From positions 45,623 through 109,622 of the forward strand of contig MCFE01000261.1 in assembly GCA_002104905.1 (NCBI GenBank): a stretch of 64,000 nt of DNA. The letters run 5' to 3'. A model generated the notes under the pieces. That model was not told the origin of the DNA, made no database searches, and saw only the letters and a list, made by a program, of their open reading frames with translations. The translations under genes and the position numbers were made by a program. The DNA comes from Basidiobolus meristosporus CBS 931.73 (Eukaryota > Fungi > Basidiobolomycota). The stretch's first letter is position 1. Every line of letters starts with the position of its first letter. Positions 1 to 11,783 of this stretch are shown here, piece by piece.

Positions 1-2979
1 TATTGTGGGCGCTACGGGCTCAGTTGGGGCTATTATCCCTACTGGAATGTGCTCTTATAAAGATGTGCGCAGGTGGCTTCGGAGCCCTTTGTCAAGGCTT
101 CGTTATTCTCTCCCCAACATGATAGAGAATGATGATGGCTTTGAAGTGACTTGAAGCAGAAGCCCATTGGCCGTATGGCGTTGTCAATAGAACGTGTGAT
201 CTCGAGATCAATTTAATTGAATTAGATGTTTCTGGTTCTGATTCTAGAGGCAGCAGAATGAATTACGCTCACATGCTTATATGGCTCAATCTAATCGGCA
301 GTTTTCTTGTACAAGTCCTGCACACGAAAATATAGTTAGAAATATTGAAATCTATTTGAGCCAATCCAAACTACTATCAATATATTCCATAACATATGCG
401 TAACCTGTCCGCTGAAGTGAGCTTGCATGTGAAGTTCAAAAGTGTTTTGGCTACAAGTGTGATGGCTATTCGACAATGCCTTATGCGTCTACATATAGGA
501 ATACTGCAGCTGCTCAGTGGCTAGATTGTAGGATTGTTGATGTCCCTCGATTGTTGAGCATAAATTTGATAGTTTACCGTCAATGGCTTTAAGAAGGTTT
601 GAGATCATCATGGCAGATACTGGTTAATGCTCAGAAACCCCCGTGAGGGATCTTTTTTGAGCAATGGGAGCGCCTGAGTTTGAGAAAAGTAGAACTAGCA
701 ACAGTTTTTATGCATACCATTTTGTCCTTCCAAATTTCTGTGGTTTCCCCACATAGCTATGACAGAAATCTTGCATGAAAATGGTACGAGCAGAATCGGG
801 AGAGTAACCAGATTCCAAATCTTACCAAGATGATGGTAGCACCCTCTCTAAGAAAAAAAATTAAGAAAAGGCCAGCAGAATACCATCATAATGTCAGCTG
901 AATTCCAACTTTCCTAAAAGTGACAACCCTCAATATCTCAGGTACTAGCTTCGTAGCAGACAAGCAGACATCCTTTCCAGGGGGAGACTAGGCCAACTAG
1001 CATTCATACCAAATTTGGTAATCAGCTGCTCATTACTTCCACCAAAAATTGCAACTGAAAATTTGGAAGCAGAAACACCAGCAGAACACCAGCTAAAAAT
1101 CCAATGAATTCCAACTTTGAGATCTTTCATAGGGACTGTTGGGCTCCTGATGTTAAACAAACACGTCATTATAGCATAGTATGCCATGCATCCATGTGGA
1201 ATTGCAGAGGTTACAAGCAAGTCCATATATGCCAATATTGGAGCAGGTTCAAAGCAAGGAAATGGAAAAAACAAGAAATCCTGGTTTTATTGGCCTACTT
1301 CATCTCATGCCAAACATGTGTTTTTAGAAGACTATATACATTGTTATCTAATCTCACGGCTGAGCCCTATGCCTCGAAGGGCATTCCCCAACTCAATCAA
1401 GCAAATGAACACATATAATGTATATTCTAACATATAGTATCACTACATCCTTTGATACACTATGAGGTGAATGGCACAATCAAGGATTTGAATCCAAGTC
1501 TTAACACGACAAAAGTTAACCTGTGAAATTAGCACCGAGTATGAGATTTCAATAGCCCTTGAATTTTGCCTACGATATGAGTCTCCCTACATAGGTGACG
1601 GAGTTTTGAATTGTGCATCTACTCCACTACCAGCATCAAGCGCAGGGCGTTCAAATGGGGGATGATCGTAGTGTAACCTAGGCTACACGGAGCTCTCGCA
1701 GACCAATTCAATATTAGTGCTTAAATAGTGTTTCCACTGATCACTGTTAGATGAGATATTGCCCGTTCAATGTAAGCAATACTCTTCAGCTGAATACCCA
1801 ATTGTAATTACTTGGGTATACTCCTGAAGCAGGGGTTTAGCTTAAATGGCATCTATTTATTAGTGTAGTAAAGTTTGTTTCGCTCCGCTATATTATGGTT
1901 TGGTGTGGAAGTATTTGTAGGATGTTGTTAGGTTCCAAATTTCTCGGAATGTGGGTTTCTGTACTTGTAAATATGCAAATGTTGGTATGAGCTGATGTAA
2001 ATTGCTGGTTTTTGTTGGAAGCTGGTATCTGGTAGAGATTCGGAGCAAGGGATTTGTCAAAATCCATTTTCGGTCAAGTTGGCGGAAAAAATCAAGTCCA
2101 AGTTCCAAACTTGGCGGATTCTTTAAGACATCACATTCCCATTGGTCCTTCACTCCCAGCCAATACCAGTGAGGAGGCTTCAGTCCACTATATTAATTAT
2201 TAAATGGAGGCGAGCCACAATCTTGGTAGATTCAACGAGGATTGACGCCTTAGCTTAGTGTGTGCGTGTATCCAGATCGAATACCGCACTCTGCCTTGGG
2301 TTTCTGTGTGTCAACCGAACATGTATATCATAGCATCTTTCTCTACTAAGAGTCAACCCACTCCTTGCCCGCCATGGTGCTTATTTTATTCAACACTTGC
2401 GCAACCGCCTAGTCTCTACATGAGGTATCGGGCTGACAGTCGATGCCAAATTCGTTGAGCATAGTCAGAATCAAACAGGTGATCATTGAGGTGCAACTAA
2501 TCTCTCTGATAGAGAGGGATCTGCAGACCAATCAACACATCGGATTCTTAAACAATGGATCCTAAGCTTTTCCCATATCAGGGTCTCTTCCGTTTTTGAG
2601 GCAACACTGGCTATCCAAAAGAGGCATGGAAAGAAACGATGACTATGGCACAGTATTGACCATGTGTCCCAATCATTCGGTCACATCTTGGGAAATCTAC
2701 AGAACCATTAAATGCTCGACCTTTAGGAGCTCAGACATTATGTTGGGAAGCTGGCAAAATCCGTGATTTTTTACTCCTAGTATCTTGAATAGGATACATT
2801 TAATTTATCTGAATTCCTATGTGGGTGGGGGAATTGAGAAATCCTATCTATGCCAGGAGCTTTGTACTATTCGAAAAAGTGTAGCAGAATGCCATATCCA
2901 GAAGAGTTACATCAACAACAGGAGGAAATCAAACGCCTTTCCCGTCTTATCGTCTCTCACTATGCGAGGCTCCACCAAC

Positions 2980-2989
2980 TATATAAAAG
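2980..2989 (+). promoter_or_regulatory. Candidate TATA box of the BTB gene
   Basis: TATATAAAAG about 85 bp upstream of the ATG at 3074; AATAAA at 3728-3733 downstream of the stop. Confidence 0.45.
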
Positions 2990-3073
2990 GAGTGCTACCC
3001 ATTCAGTATCCACAAAACCAACAACAGCAATAGGCTCTTGCTTATACGATCATCTCAGTTAGAGAACACTCCG

Positions 3074-3652
3074 ATGTTTGTAACAACAAAGAACGCGCAG
3101 TTGTGCATGGGAATGCATCCTTCTTGGTGCGCTCCGCAATCTCAGGTTCCGTTGAAGAGCTGGGCGGTAATCCAGGACAACCCTACTTTACGAGAAAGCC
3201 ACATCCGCGTCTCGGAGACCCACGCAATCCCCCGGGTGTATGTCACCAAAAACCTACGTCAAATGGCCTCGATTCTATTCAACAATCCCTTCTCCACCCA
3301 AACCCATTTGCACGTAGTCGACAGAAACGGAAAATCGGCAGAGTTTTGGGTCCATGATTTCTATTTCACTCAGGATAGCCGGGTGCTATGGGATTTACTG
3401 CGCAAGCCAACATCACCTCCTATCCAGCTTTCAAGTGGTCAGAACACCGCTGAGGTCAACCATGTCCACCTTAATGTTTCCTGCGTGGACTCGTTCGCAC
3501 AGCTGCTTCGGTGGATCTATACGCGCGATGACGATGCATGGCTTCGGTCCTTAAACGAGGAGAACTTCGAGGCAGCTATGGATTGCGTGGCCCTGCTAAG
3601 ACTCAGTCAAGAGGCCTATTACGTACTGGCCCGTTTCTACGAGGCCATGTAG
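3074..3652 (+). CDS. BTB/POZ-domain protein (192 aa, apparently intronless)
   Basis: First ATG of ORF 3038-3652 is at 3074. FNNPFSTQTHLHVV...EFWVHDFYF...SRVL...SFAQLLRWIYT...LL has the spacing of the BTB consensus (FNNxxxSD..., F.VH...L...S..F, F..LL.YIYT). CpG-rich, with flanking TATA and AATAAA. Confidence 0.7.
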   Translation: MFVTTKNAQLCMGMHPSWCAPQSQVPLKSWAVIQDNPTLRESHIRVSETHAIPRVYVTKNLRQMASILFNNPFSTQTHLHVVDRNGKSAEFWVHDFYFTQDSRVLWDLLRKPTSPPIQLSSGQNTAEVNHVHLNVSCVDSFAQLLRWIYTRDDDAWLRSLNEENFEAAMDCVALLRLSQEAYYVLARFYEAM

Positions 3653-5149
3653 CAATTTGTTATTCGCTTATCTGGATATTGCGAGAAGACAAAGAGTCCG
3701 ATATCAGTTATATTGTAGTGATATGTAAATAAACATTCGTCAGTTAATTTCGCATGCACTTGCATCGGAGGAACATCGGCCATTTATCAAGTTTGTTGCT
3801 CTGGCCCTAGAAGCTGTAACACAAGTGTGACAATTTCCTCTCCGATAAAATCGCCATATACTAGCTCACATGGATTGAATTGACTATCCCTCTTTTTGGT
3901 TGGGTGATACCGGATGTAGATAATGAACAAGGGTATTAGAGTAGATAATCATACAAAAAGAGCGAGAGATCAGGCAGTCACACATCTACCGAAGCTGTAT
4001 GGAGTAACAGCCTTGACTTATGTGCAACTGCGGGTGAGTGTCCATTAGGCTGGCGCTGACTCACTCTTAACCGCTGATATCCAGTTCCCACTTGACTAAT
4101 TTAGGGAACCAGGTAAATAATCAGGGGAATTGTTTGCTTTATGGAAAGTGTGAGATGGTATAAGGATCTGGATGTAGAACCAGCGATAGCACCAGCGGCC
4201 AAGAATATACTTCTCTGAGTTGACTCATTGGTTTTGGTCGTATTGATCTTCTGGATATCCAAATATGCAGTAGAAGCTGTTGTAATGGTGAGTAGAGGGT
4301 ATGACAAGAAAGGCCTAGCCTCTAGCCAAGTCTGTATCGATTTCGAAGTTCAAGGAACGATTGCCCAATGATTTTAAACCTTCCAAGAATGGCAAGTTCG
4401 CTGAAAACCAAATTCCGCAACACTGCTGCCAGAGAGATCCCTAATATCCACAATTACCATGGGGTAGCAGGGTTTCCTCTTCGTCTTTGACGAGTTTTAC
4501 CTAACGTGTTCCTAATCCTACCTAATGCAATCTTCATCAGGAATCTAAAGGAATCTGTGGTCTATAGAGTAAATATGGCAATAATGAGCAACCACCAGCG
4601 ATGGTGTTCGGCTATATTTTCACCATTCAACCTCATCATGGAAAAAGAGTATTTCCATGACTGTGATGATACTTTAAGATGATGTCTGAGCTTCTGGTAT
4701 AGCCACTTGGCTGATGAAATTTACATGTACTTCGATCAAGTCGTAGATTCTTGTTGCTTCCACTGGCTGTTTAGAGTTCTGAAAGAGTTCTCTTGTATTT
4801 ACTACCTCTATCATGTACTATTGAATACCGTGTAAGTGCCTTGAAGTGCATAGTGATGCCCCAAGAATAAGTTAGACCGCATATATCGATTCTCACAAAT
4901 CGTGGTTTTAGCCTTTACAATGGTAGCCGATCAATACGTGTCAGAGTAAGCTACTTATAAATATACATTATATATTATGATGGATTAGTGGAGTTCTAAT
5001 TTGTCTCAGATGTATATATATCCTAAATCCTGAATATTTTGATCGAGGCCTGGAATTTGGATTTCATTGTGTTGCAAAAAAAATCCGAAATTTCAAGGTT
5101 TTCTCCAAAATCGTCAATATGCTACAAAATCAAGGAAGGAGGGTGACTA

Positions 5150-5570
5150 AAACCATCAAATGCTTCCAAAGTACCAGACCTATCTCCACTAAGCCTCTGG
5201 TCAGCAATACTTATTCCATATATTTGGTGGTACTCTACTAATCATGCAGGCACTTTCACTTGCACACATAGATGGTAAGATACCTCTCCTTGAGTTACCT
5301 TGGATTACATAAATATCTCTATCTGCTGATCCCTTTGTGTTTACACCCAAATATTCCACTAACCTAGATAATTAGCTGATAGTCAATAAGCATTGCTACT
5401 TCTTTCTCAAATTCTTTATGAGCTAATGCTGGATGTTTCCTTTAATTCCACAGGATTACTCCTTTACAGTTTAGCAAAGTGCACCCTCCAATGGATATTC
5501 TGTCTTCTGAGATTGTACCCTACCTACATCAGAGTATCCACCAAGCTTCTGTTTCCAGTTTGTTTGAGTA
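5150..5570 (-). mobile_element. Highly decayed Copia RNase H fragment
   Basis: Minus strand reads GYSD...DRISIGGCTLLNCKGVILWN*RKHPALA, like DRRSTTGYTLLYCKGAISWNSRKQPTVALS of family B. Boundaries approximate. Confidence 0.5.
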
Positions 5571-5577
5571 TACTTTA

Positions 5578-6239
5578 TGCTGTAAGAGACTTAGTGATAC
5601 TGGAAGTGAATGGTAGAATATGTAGATTATGTGGTTTTGACCAAATGATTGATTGAATGTGAGAATTGTACTTATAAATTTACCAGGTTGTGGCAGTGCA
5701 CATATGTAGAATATGCTTAGGAAGACCCCAAGAGCATGTGTGCAAAGCTTAGGGCTGTTCAAGCAGCTTTGAGATTTTTGCATGCCCTGGGTACTTGATA
5801 TTTTTGCAAAGATATTGGATGCAAATATAATATGGAATTTGGCCAGAATTCTCATTGATTTGTAGACAACAGTCTAAGTGACTACATTTGGTCAGTATTT
5901 TGGTGTATCTACAGAGCCTATTATACTCCTACTCTGTCATATACTTGTATTTACCAGTCCTAATTGTAATCCACAACTTTCAAATTTGCCTCTAACTAAT
6001 GATTTTATCCAGATGTCTCTAATCATATGATCCAAAGGACAATAAATGAGTGAGCCAAGTACCTCATTATAGCTTCTTATATGAAATGATATCCAATGCC
6101 CATGTGCTTAGCTCTAGCAAGAAAAGTTGAATTTCTACCTGATTGTATACAACCTTGATTATCTTCATATTTTGTGGTAAAATCTTCCTGACTTTAGCCC
6201 AAATCATCACACAGGCTTCATAGCTATATGGCTTCCTTT
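5578..6239 (-). mobile_element. Old Copia-B-type LTR plus RNase H 3' end; host of the element at 6240 (resumes at 9519)
   Basis: TGCTGTAAGAG... resembles the family B LTR. Joining 6239 to 9524 restores the sequence encoding YMAACEAAKEA. Confidence 0.65.
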
Positions 6240-9200
6240 TGTTGCAATATTCTGAGGAGTATTGGAAGTGATGTGGAGAACTAGAGGATTTACATGTTAT
6301 TCACTTGTAGATTTATTGAGCAAAAGTATGGTATTTATACTTTTGATAGAGTAGAGAGAACAAATGTGCAGAGTTTGTTAAGGAAGGTCCCAAGAGTATA
6401 TGTGCAAGTTTGGGGTCTTTTGGACAACTTTGAGAAAAATAATAATCTGGGTACCTGACAATTTGGTGAAAGTATTCTAAGTAAATCCCAACAAGAAGTC
6501 TGGTCAGGAAAGAATGCTAGTCACAGTATAAGATCTATGTGACTAAGTTAGCATGAATATTTAGGTGACAACTCAATAATTACAACACTCCCACTCAACA
6601 AAATATTCATAAGTAATAAATACATATTGAGAGTGTGCAATCTGTAATAAGTGTATAAGGCTTGACTGTGTTGCATACTAGACTAATATATTATCCAACA
6701 ATATATGCATCTGTGTACAACTTAATTTAACAAGTAACTTGGAATTCAATGTGCATATCTACTTGGTAGTGTGCCTAAAAAATTGGAATGATCTGATCAT
6801 AATACTAATCATCAACTTTGATCAGTTGTACAGACTTGAATAATAAGCTGAGTCTAATTGAAAGATTGTAATAATAATATATAGCCTCTGGGCTATCTAA
6901 TGCCTCTTATTTGAGCAAAATTGACCCACTTTTGGTCAAGTTAAGGTTTTGTCATTTACAACAGATTTGGAGTTTCCTTATTTCCAGCCAACAGTCTAAT
7001 CCATTTAGACAACTTCACTGTTTGTCCATATTAGGCTCAGGGACAGTTACTTCCATCATACAGATGCTATATAAGGTAAAAATAGTGACCTACTTTGGGT
7101 CAAGCTAAGGTTTTGTCATTTAAGCCTGATCCAGATTATCCTTGTTTCCTGGCACTGTGGCACATATGATATGGCCAAAAAAGAAGGTTTTTGCTCAACT
7201 CTGAGCTGGGATGGCCTGCTCCCACTTGAACCATGTCTGCTTAGCAATTCAGATCCACAAAAATGATCTAGAATGGTCATCTTTGTCTTCTTTAAGTAGC
7301 AATAACTTTCTTAGGACTGATTACTTCATTTGCAGTAGATTCAATGTCCATTTGCTTCATGATTTACCCAGTTTGGTTTTGGACAACACCATAGGTTGTT
7401 TGGTGGCTATTCTTAGAGTGCTTCTACTGATTTGGATTGATACAGCTGCTTTTGTCTTATCAGAATATACTTGTAGTATAGAGATTGGCACTTTTTCAGA
7501 AGTGAGAATCTCTTTAACAAGGGCTTTGATTATCCTTATTCTCCTGATAGTTATTCTCAGCCTTGAGGTCAGTTTAAAAGGCTAACTGATCTTCTCAGTG
7601 TCTGCAGAATCCATAAAAACCATCTTGGTGGATCCTTGCACCTTTTTCTTTCAGCTCCAAAGACAGCAGATATCAAGACTTCTGCATTAAATAATCTGAT
7701 CCAATATGCACTACAATATCTGACAGATCCTGTTGAAGTTTCAAGGCTCATGTGGGATTTATGGCTTGAGACCTTTGTACAAGAGGCTCCATAGAGTATA
7801 TCTGCATTGCCAGATAGTCCAAATATGGCCTACATAGGTTTTGGCTCTATTTGGGAAGTACCCTAGTATGCAGTAGTATTATTTTCCATTTTTTCTTCTT
7901 TTCTTTTTCTGCTGATGACCCAGGCATAATCCCTTTTGTGGGGTAGTTCTGGACTTCCTTGCAGGTGGGACCCCGGTGTTTTTGAGCACAAGAGTCTCCA
8001 TGACATCATTGTTCCAGAATATCTGACTATTTGAGAGTGAAATAATCAAAATTGGCATCCACTCAAAACAGTCATAACTTTTGATAGAGTTGACCAAATT
8101 TGATCAAATAAACTGTATTTCATAGCTAGCTTCATCAATAACTTGGTAGCAAATTCTAATATATTAGTATCTTGAGTTGTGGAGCTTGGTGGTGATTTGA
8201 TCAATCAAAATTCATCTGATCTGATCCAGAGTAGTTAAATATCACCCAGTGTTTTCTCCCACTATAATAAATGATATATATATAACAAGTATAAAGTACT
8301 ATATTATCTTCTGAGTGGCTCTTAGCTGTGTACTGACCAACTGTTGCTTGGTTGTATACTCCAATCAGGCTTGCAATTATATGCTTCACTCCTTTGGCTG
8401 GTGGTAAAATCTTCTTGAGTTAATTGTGCTAAATTTGTATAATACATTCTCCCACTGTTTTGAGACTTAAACAGAGTGATAGCACATCTAACAGCTCCAT
8501 ATTTAGCTCCTGGTACACTGGTTTCAGTATCAAAACACTTGATACAATTATAGCATTCTTCCAATGGATTGTGTAGTACAAATCTGTACTCCAGGTGGAT
8601 ATATATGTATTATATATCATTGGGATCCTTACAACTCAGGGAGCTTGTTTCTGAAATATTTTTCCATCAGTAGATAGTCTGGAATGGCAGTTAAAAGCTC
8701 TGGTATTTGCACTCTCAGCTGTATTTTGAGAGGCAACAGATTTGGTAAAATCTTCCTCCTGCAATCATTCAATGATGATCTATTCTTTTTTGCAATTCAG
8801 GTTAATATCCTATCCAAAAGCTTGTCTAACAGTCAATTGAGGTCATATGAATACATATAGCAATATATTTCATTGTATATCTGGACCCTCAATTGCTGGA
8901 ATTACACTATTTTCTTCAGTAGTGGCACAGTGCCAACATACTATATTTCTTGACATATTTACATGACAACTTGATAGACTCTCCTTCATAACCAGCTTGA
9001 GTAGTTACTGAATGAGTCTTTTGAAGGCATGGCCTTCTTCTCCACAGCAATATCCTCATGAACATAGTCCTTGTAGCTGTGGTAGTCATCTTAAACTTTG
9101 GCAGGGCAATAGTGCAGAAAGTCATTCTCCAGACTAGCAGAAAAGGATCCATGGCAAAGTAGACACCAAGAGGACAGCAAGCTTGGGGCTCATAACCTGT

Positions 9201-9518
9201 TGCAATATTCTGAGGAGTATTGGAATGTTATTCACTTGTATATTTATTGAGGAAAAGTATGGTATTTATACTTTTGATAGAGTAGAGAGAACAAATGTGC
9301 AGAGTTTGTTAAGAAAGGTCCCAAGAGTATGTGTGCAAGTTTGGGGTCTTTTGGGCAACTTTGAGAAAAATAATAATCTGGGTACCTGACAATTTGGTGA
9401 AAGTATTCTAAGTAAATCCCAACAAGAAGTCTGGTCAGGAAAGAATGCTAGTCACAGTATAAGATCTATGTGACTAAGTTAGCATGAATATTTTGGTGAC
9501 AACTCAATAATTACAACA
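6240..9518 (-). mobile_element. Non-autonomous LARD-like LTR element with Copia-B-type LTRs, PBS and PPT
   Basis: LTRs 6240-6587 and 9198-9518 (TGTTG...CAACA); 5-bp TSD CCTTT (6235-39, 9519-23); PBS complement GGGGCTCATAACC at 9185-97; PPT complement CTCCCACTC at 6588. The 2.6-kb interior has no long minus-strand ORF or recognisable pol motif. Confidence 0.85.
9185..9197 (-). promoter_or_regulatory. Primer-binding site (half-tRNA-iMet type)
   Basis: GGTTATGAGCCCC directly follows the 5' LTR on the minus strand. Confidence 0.8.
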
Positions 9519-9645
9519 CCTTTGCTGCCTCACAGGCTGCCATATACACTGCCTCTGTGGCAGAGAGTACTGAAGTTGGTGGCTTTCTTTCTACTCACAC
9601 CACTTGACACACCATCTTGCTGTGAGAAAAGTGGTATAGTGGTTC

Positions 9646-10680
9646 TGGTAGTAGGAGTCTTGGAGATATTGGAAGTGATTGGGAGAACAAGTAAATTATG
9701 TGGTTTTCATGTACTGATATATTGAATATATAAGTAGTATTTATACATTACATGTTCTTGGCAGAAAAGCATGTACAATTTGCTTAGGAAGATCCCAAGA
9801 GTATTTGTGTAAAGTTTAGGGCTGTTTGGGCCACTATGATAACTTTTATGTTCTGGGTATCTTATGTTTTAGTGAAAATAATTTAAGTAAATTCTTATAA
9901 GGAATTTGGTCAGTATTTTCTGAGATTTGTATTTAATAAACCAGGAAACTGGGCTGGGTGAATATCAAGGTGGAGTTGCAAATCTTCAAAGCACTCTTGC
10001 ATGACTAAATTTTCACATTAGCTAATCCTAGCTGTGATCTGCAATAATAAATTTATATTTAGCTAATGGTTTGGTGAATATGTCTGCAATCATTTCATCT
10101 GTAGAGCTGCAAGCTAAGTCAAGTGAGTTACTCTAAATGATGCCTGATATCTATGTTGTTGTATCCAAGATAAAAGTGAAATAATACTCTTGAATGAGTT
10201 AACTGAACCTAAGTGACAATTAAGTGCAGAATCTTAGAATTGTCAAGAGTGACAGAAGTATTAGCATAGAAGTTATGGTCTAGTATTGGTTTTGCATATA
10301 GTTAAGTTGGGCTATAAAGGCAACAGAGTTGGTTTACTATACAGGCTAGGCATGGTGTTCTTGGGAATGCACAGAATTGTTGAATTCTTAATTTTGCTGA
10401 GGCAAAATTGTAATTTTGTTGAGACACACACTAAACCAAGAGGTTGAGTAATCATTATTTGAATTTTTCTGATCAAGTTGAATTAGTAAGTGCCAAGTGA
10501 CTGGACTAATTGAAATCTGTTGGGGTGTTGATAGGTGCATAAGATAAATGAAAAATTGCATCATTAATCAGCTGATGTCTTGGCAACTACTAAGTGGTTG
10601 GATAGATCTCAGATGACTAATACTTTGGAAAGGCTTAGCAGATCAGTTGTGGATGTAATGACCACTTGAAAATTGATTAG
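9646..10680 (-). mobile_element. Truncated Copia-B-type LTR and decayed RT/RNase H remnant
   Basis: GAGTCTTGGAGATATTGGAAGTGATTGGGAG (B LTR) at about 9655. GCTAATGGTTTGGTGAATATGTCTGCAATCATTTCATC (ADIFTKPLA region) at about 10060. Boundaries approximate. Confidence 0.6.
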
Positions 10681-10681
10681 G

Positions 10682-10822
10682 TGTAACAACTAAAAATCAA
10701 CCCTGAGAAGTGATAAAATAAACCATAAGAGGGACTGGTTATATGGGTTAGGGCAAATCAGTTAGGTACTAGATTTTCTAACAAAGTGAAATTGGCTAAG
10801 TTTTAAATGTTGATGCACAACA
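10682..10822 (-). repeat. Candidate short (about 141 bp) 3' LTR of the Gypsy element
   Basis: TG...CA-bounded segment right after a purine run (GGGAGGAAG) at the end of the chromodomain ORF. No second copy in the window. Confidence 0.35.
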
Positions 10823-11416
10823 TCACTTCCTCCCAGGAGAGGAGTTTTCTGATACCTTCTGGGTTCCCCTGTGGCTCCAATACTGATAAATGAAGGCAGC
10901 ATCATCAAAGTTGGTGTAAAGATCCCAGGTGTTGTGTTTGGCATCATAACCTTTCCACATGACTAAATAATGGCAATTTGGTTCTTCTCCATCAAGGTCA
11001 CCAATAGCTTCAACTTCATAGGATTCAGAAGTAACTGGGTCTTGAGATATAAGCTTGAGTGAAGAAGGTGGAAAGTATTTGGGTAGCAGTGCTCCAGTAT
11101 TGTCCTGAAGTACATAAGTTCCTCCAGTGGTAGATCTGAAAACTTTGAATGGGCCTTCATATTTAGAGTCAAGTTTAGATTGGCAGATTGGGTTTAGTGT
11201 CATGACATATGACCCATCTGGGAAGCTGCTGTTCCTGTGTCTTGAGGCATACATTAAAGTCATCTTTTGCTGTGAGGCCTTACATCTGGCACTGATAGCA
11301 GGGTAGACAATGTTGGTAAGGTACTCAAGCCGGTTCTTTAGCTTATCTGTATTCAAACTTGCTAACTCTATATTCTGGTAATCCCCAAAGTGGTTGTATC
11401 TTCTTCCAAAAATCAA
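10823..11416 (-). pseudogene. Gypsy integrase C-terminus with chromodomain
   Basis: YEVEAIGD...HYLVMWKGYDAKHNTWDLYTNF matches the chromodomain consensus YEVE.I......YLVKWKGY....NTWE. Confidence 0.85.
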
Positions 11417-11434
11417 AGAAAATGGTGTTGATCC

Positions 11435-11783
11435 TGTTGTAAGAGTCTTGGAGATATTGGAAGTGATTTGGAGAACAAGTAGATTATGTGGTTTTCACTT
11501 AATGATTTATTGAATGTAAAAGTAGTATTTATACTTTTACCTGGTCTTGGCATTACAAACACGTAGAATAGGTTGAGGAAGGTTCCAAGAACATGTGTGC
11601 AAAGTTAGGGGCTGTTTGGGCAACTTTGAGAATTTTCATGTTCTGGGTACCTGGCATTTTGGTGAAAATATTCTAAGTAAATCCCAACAAGGAATTTGGT
11701 CAGTATTCTCTAAGATTTGAAGGTGATGATCTAAGTGACTAAGTTAGGTGAATATTTAGGTGGAAATACAAATTTTTACAACA
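11435..11783 (-). mobile_element. Solo LTR of Copia family B inside the Gypsy integrase
   Basis: 349 bp, nearly identical to 59066-59414; TSD GATCC (11430-34, 11784-88). Confidence 0.95.

Noticed and set aside
2-154. Frame reading IVGATGSVGAII..., like a Rossmann GxxGxxG or transporter motif
   Set aside because: Only 50 codons at the window edge and nothing after the motif is recognisable.
760-2460. Short ORFs (945-1274, 1104-1418, 1893-2153) and hydrophobic minus-strand pieces such as EFIGFLAGVLLVFLLP
   Set aside because: Could be exons of a host gene or pseudogene, but I found no family motif or consistent splice model.
4101-4650. FLAAGAIAGSTSR resembling a mitochondrial carrier helix, with upstream frames containing stops
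   Set aside because: The Px[DE]xx[KR] signature does not follow and the frame is short; not supportable without a search.
9040-9075. YCCGEEGH in the LARD interior, like a zinc knuckle
   Set aside because: Outer cysteines are missing, stops flank it, and it is too near the 5' end for a Gag knuckle.
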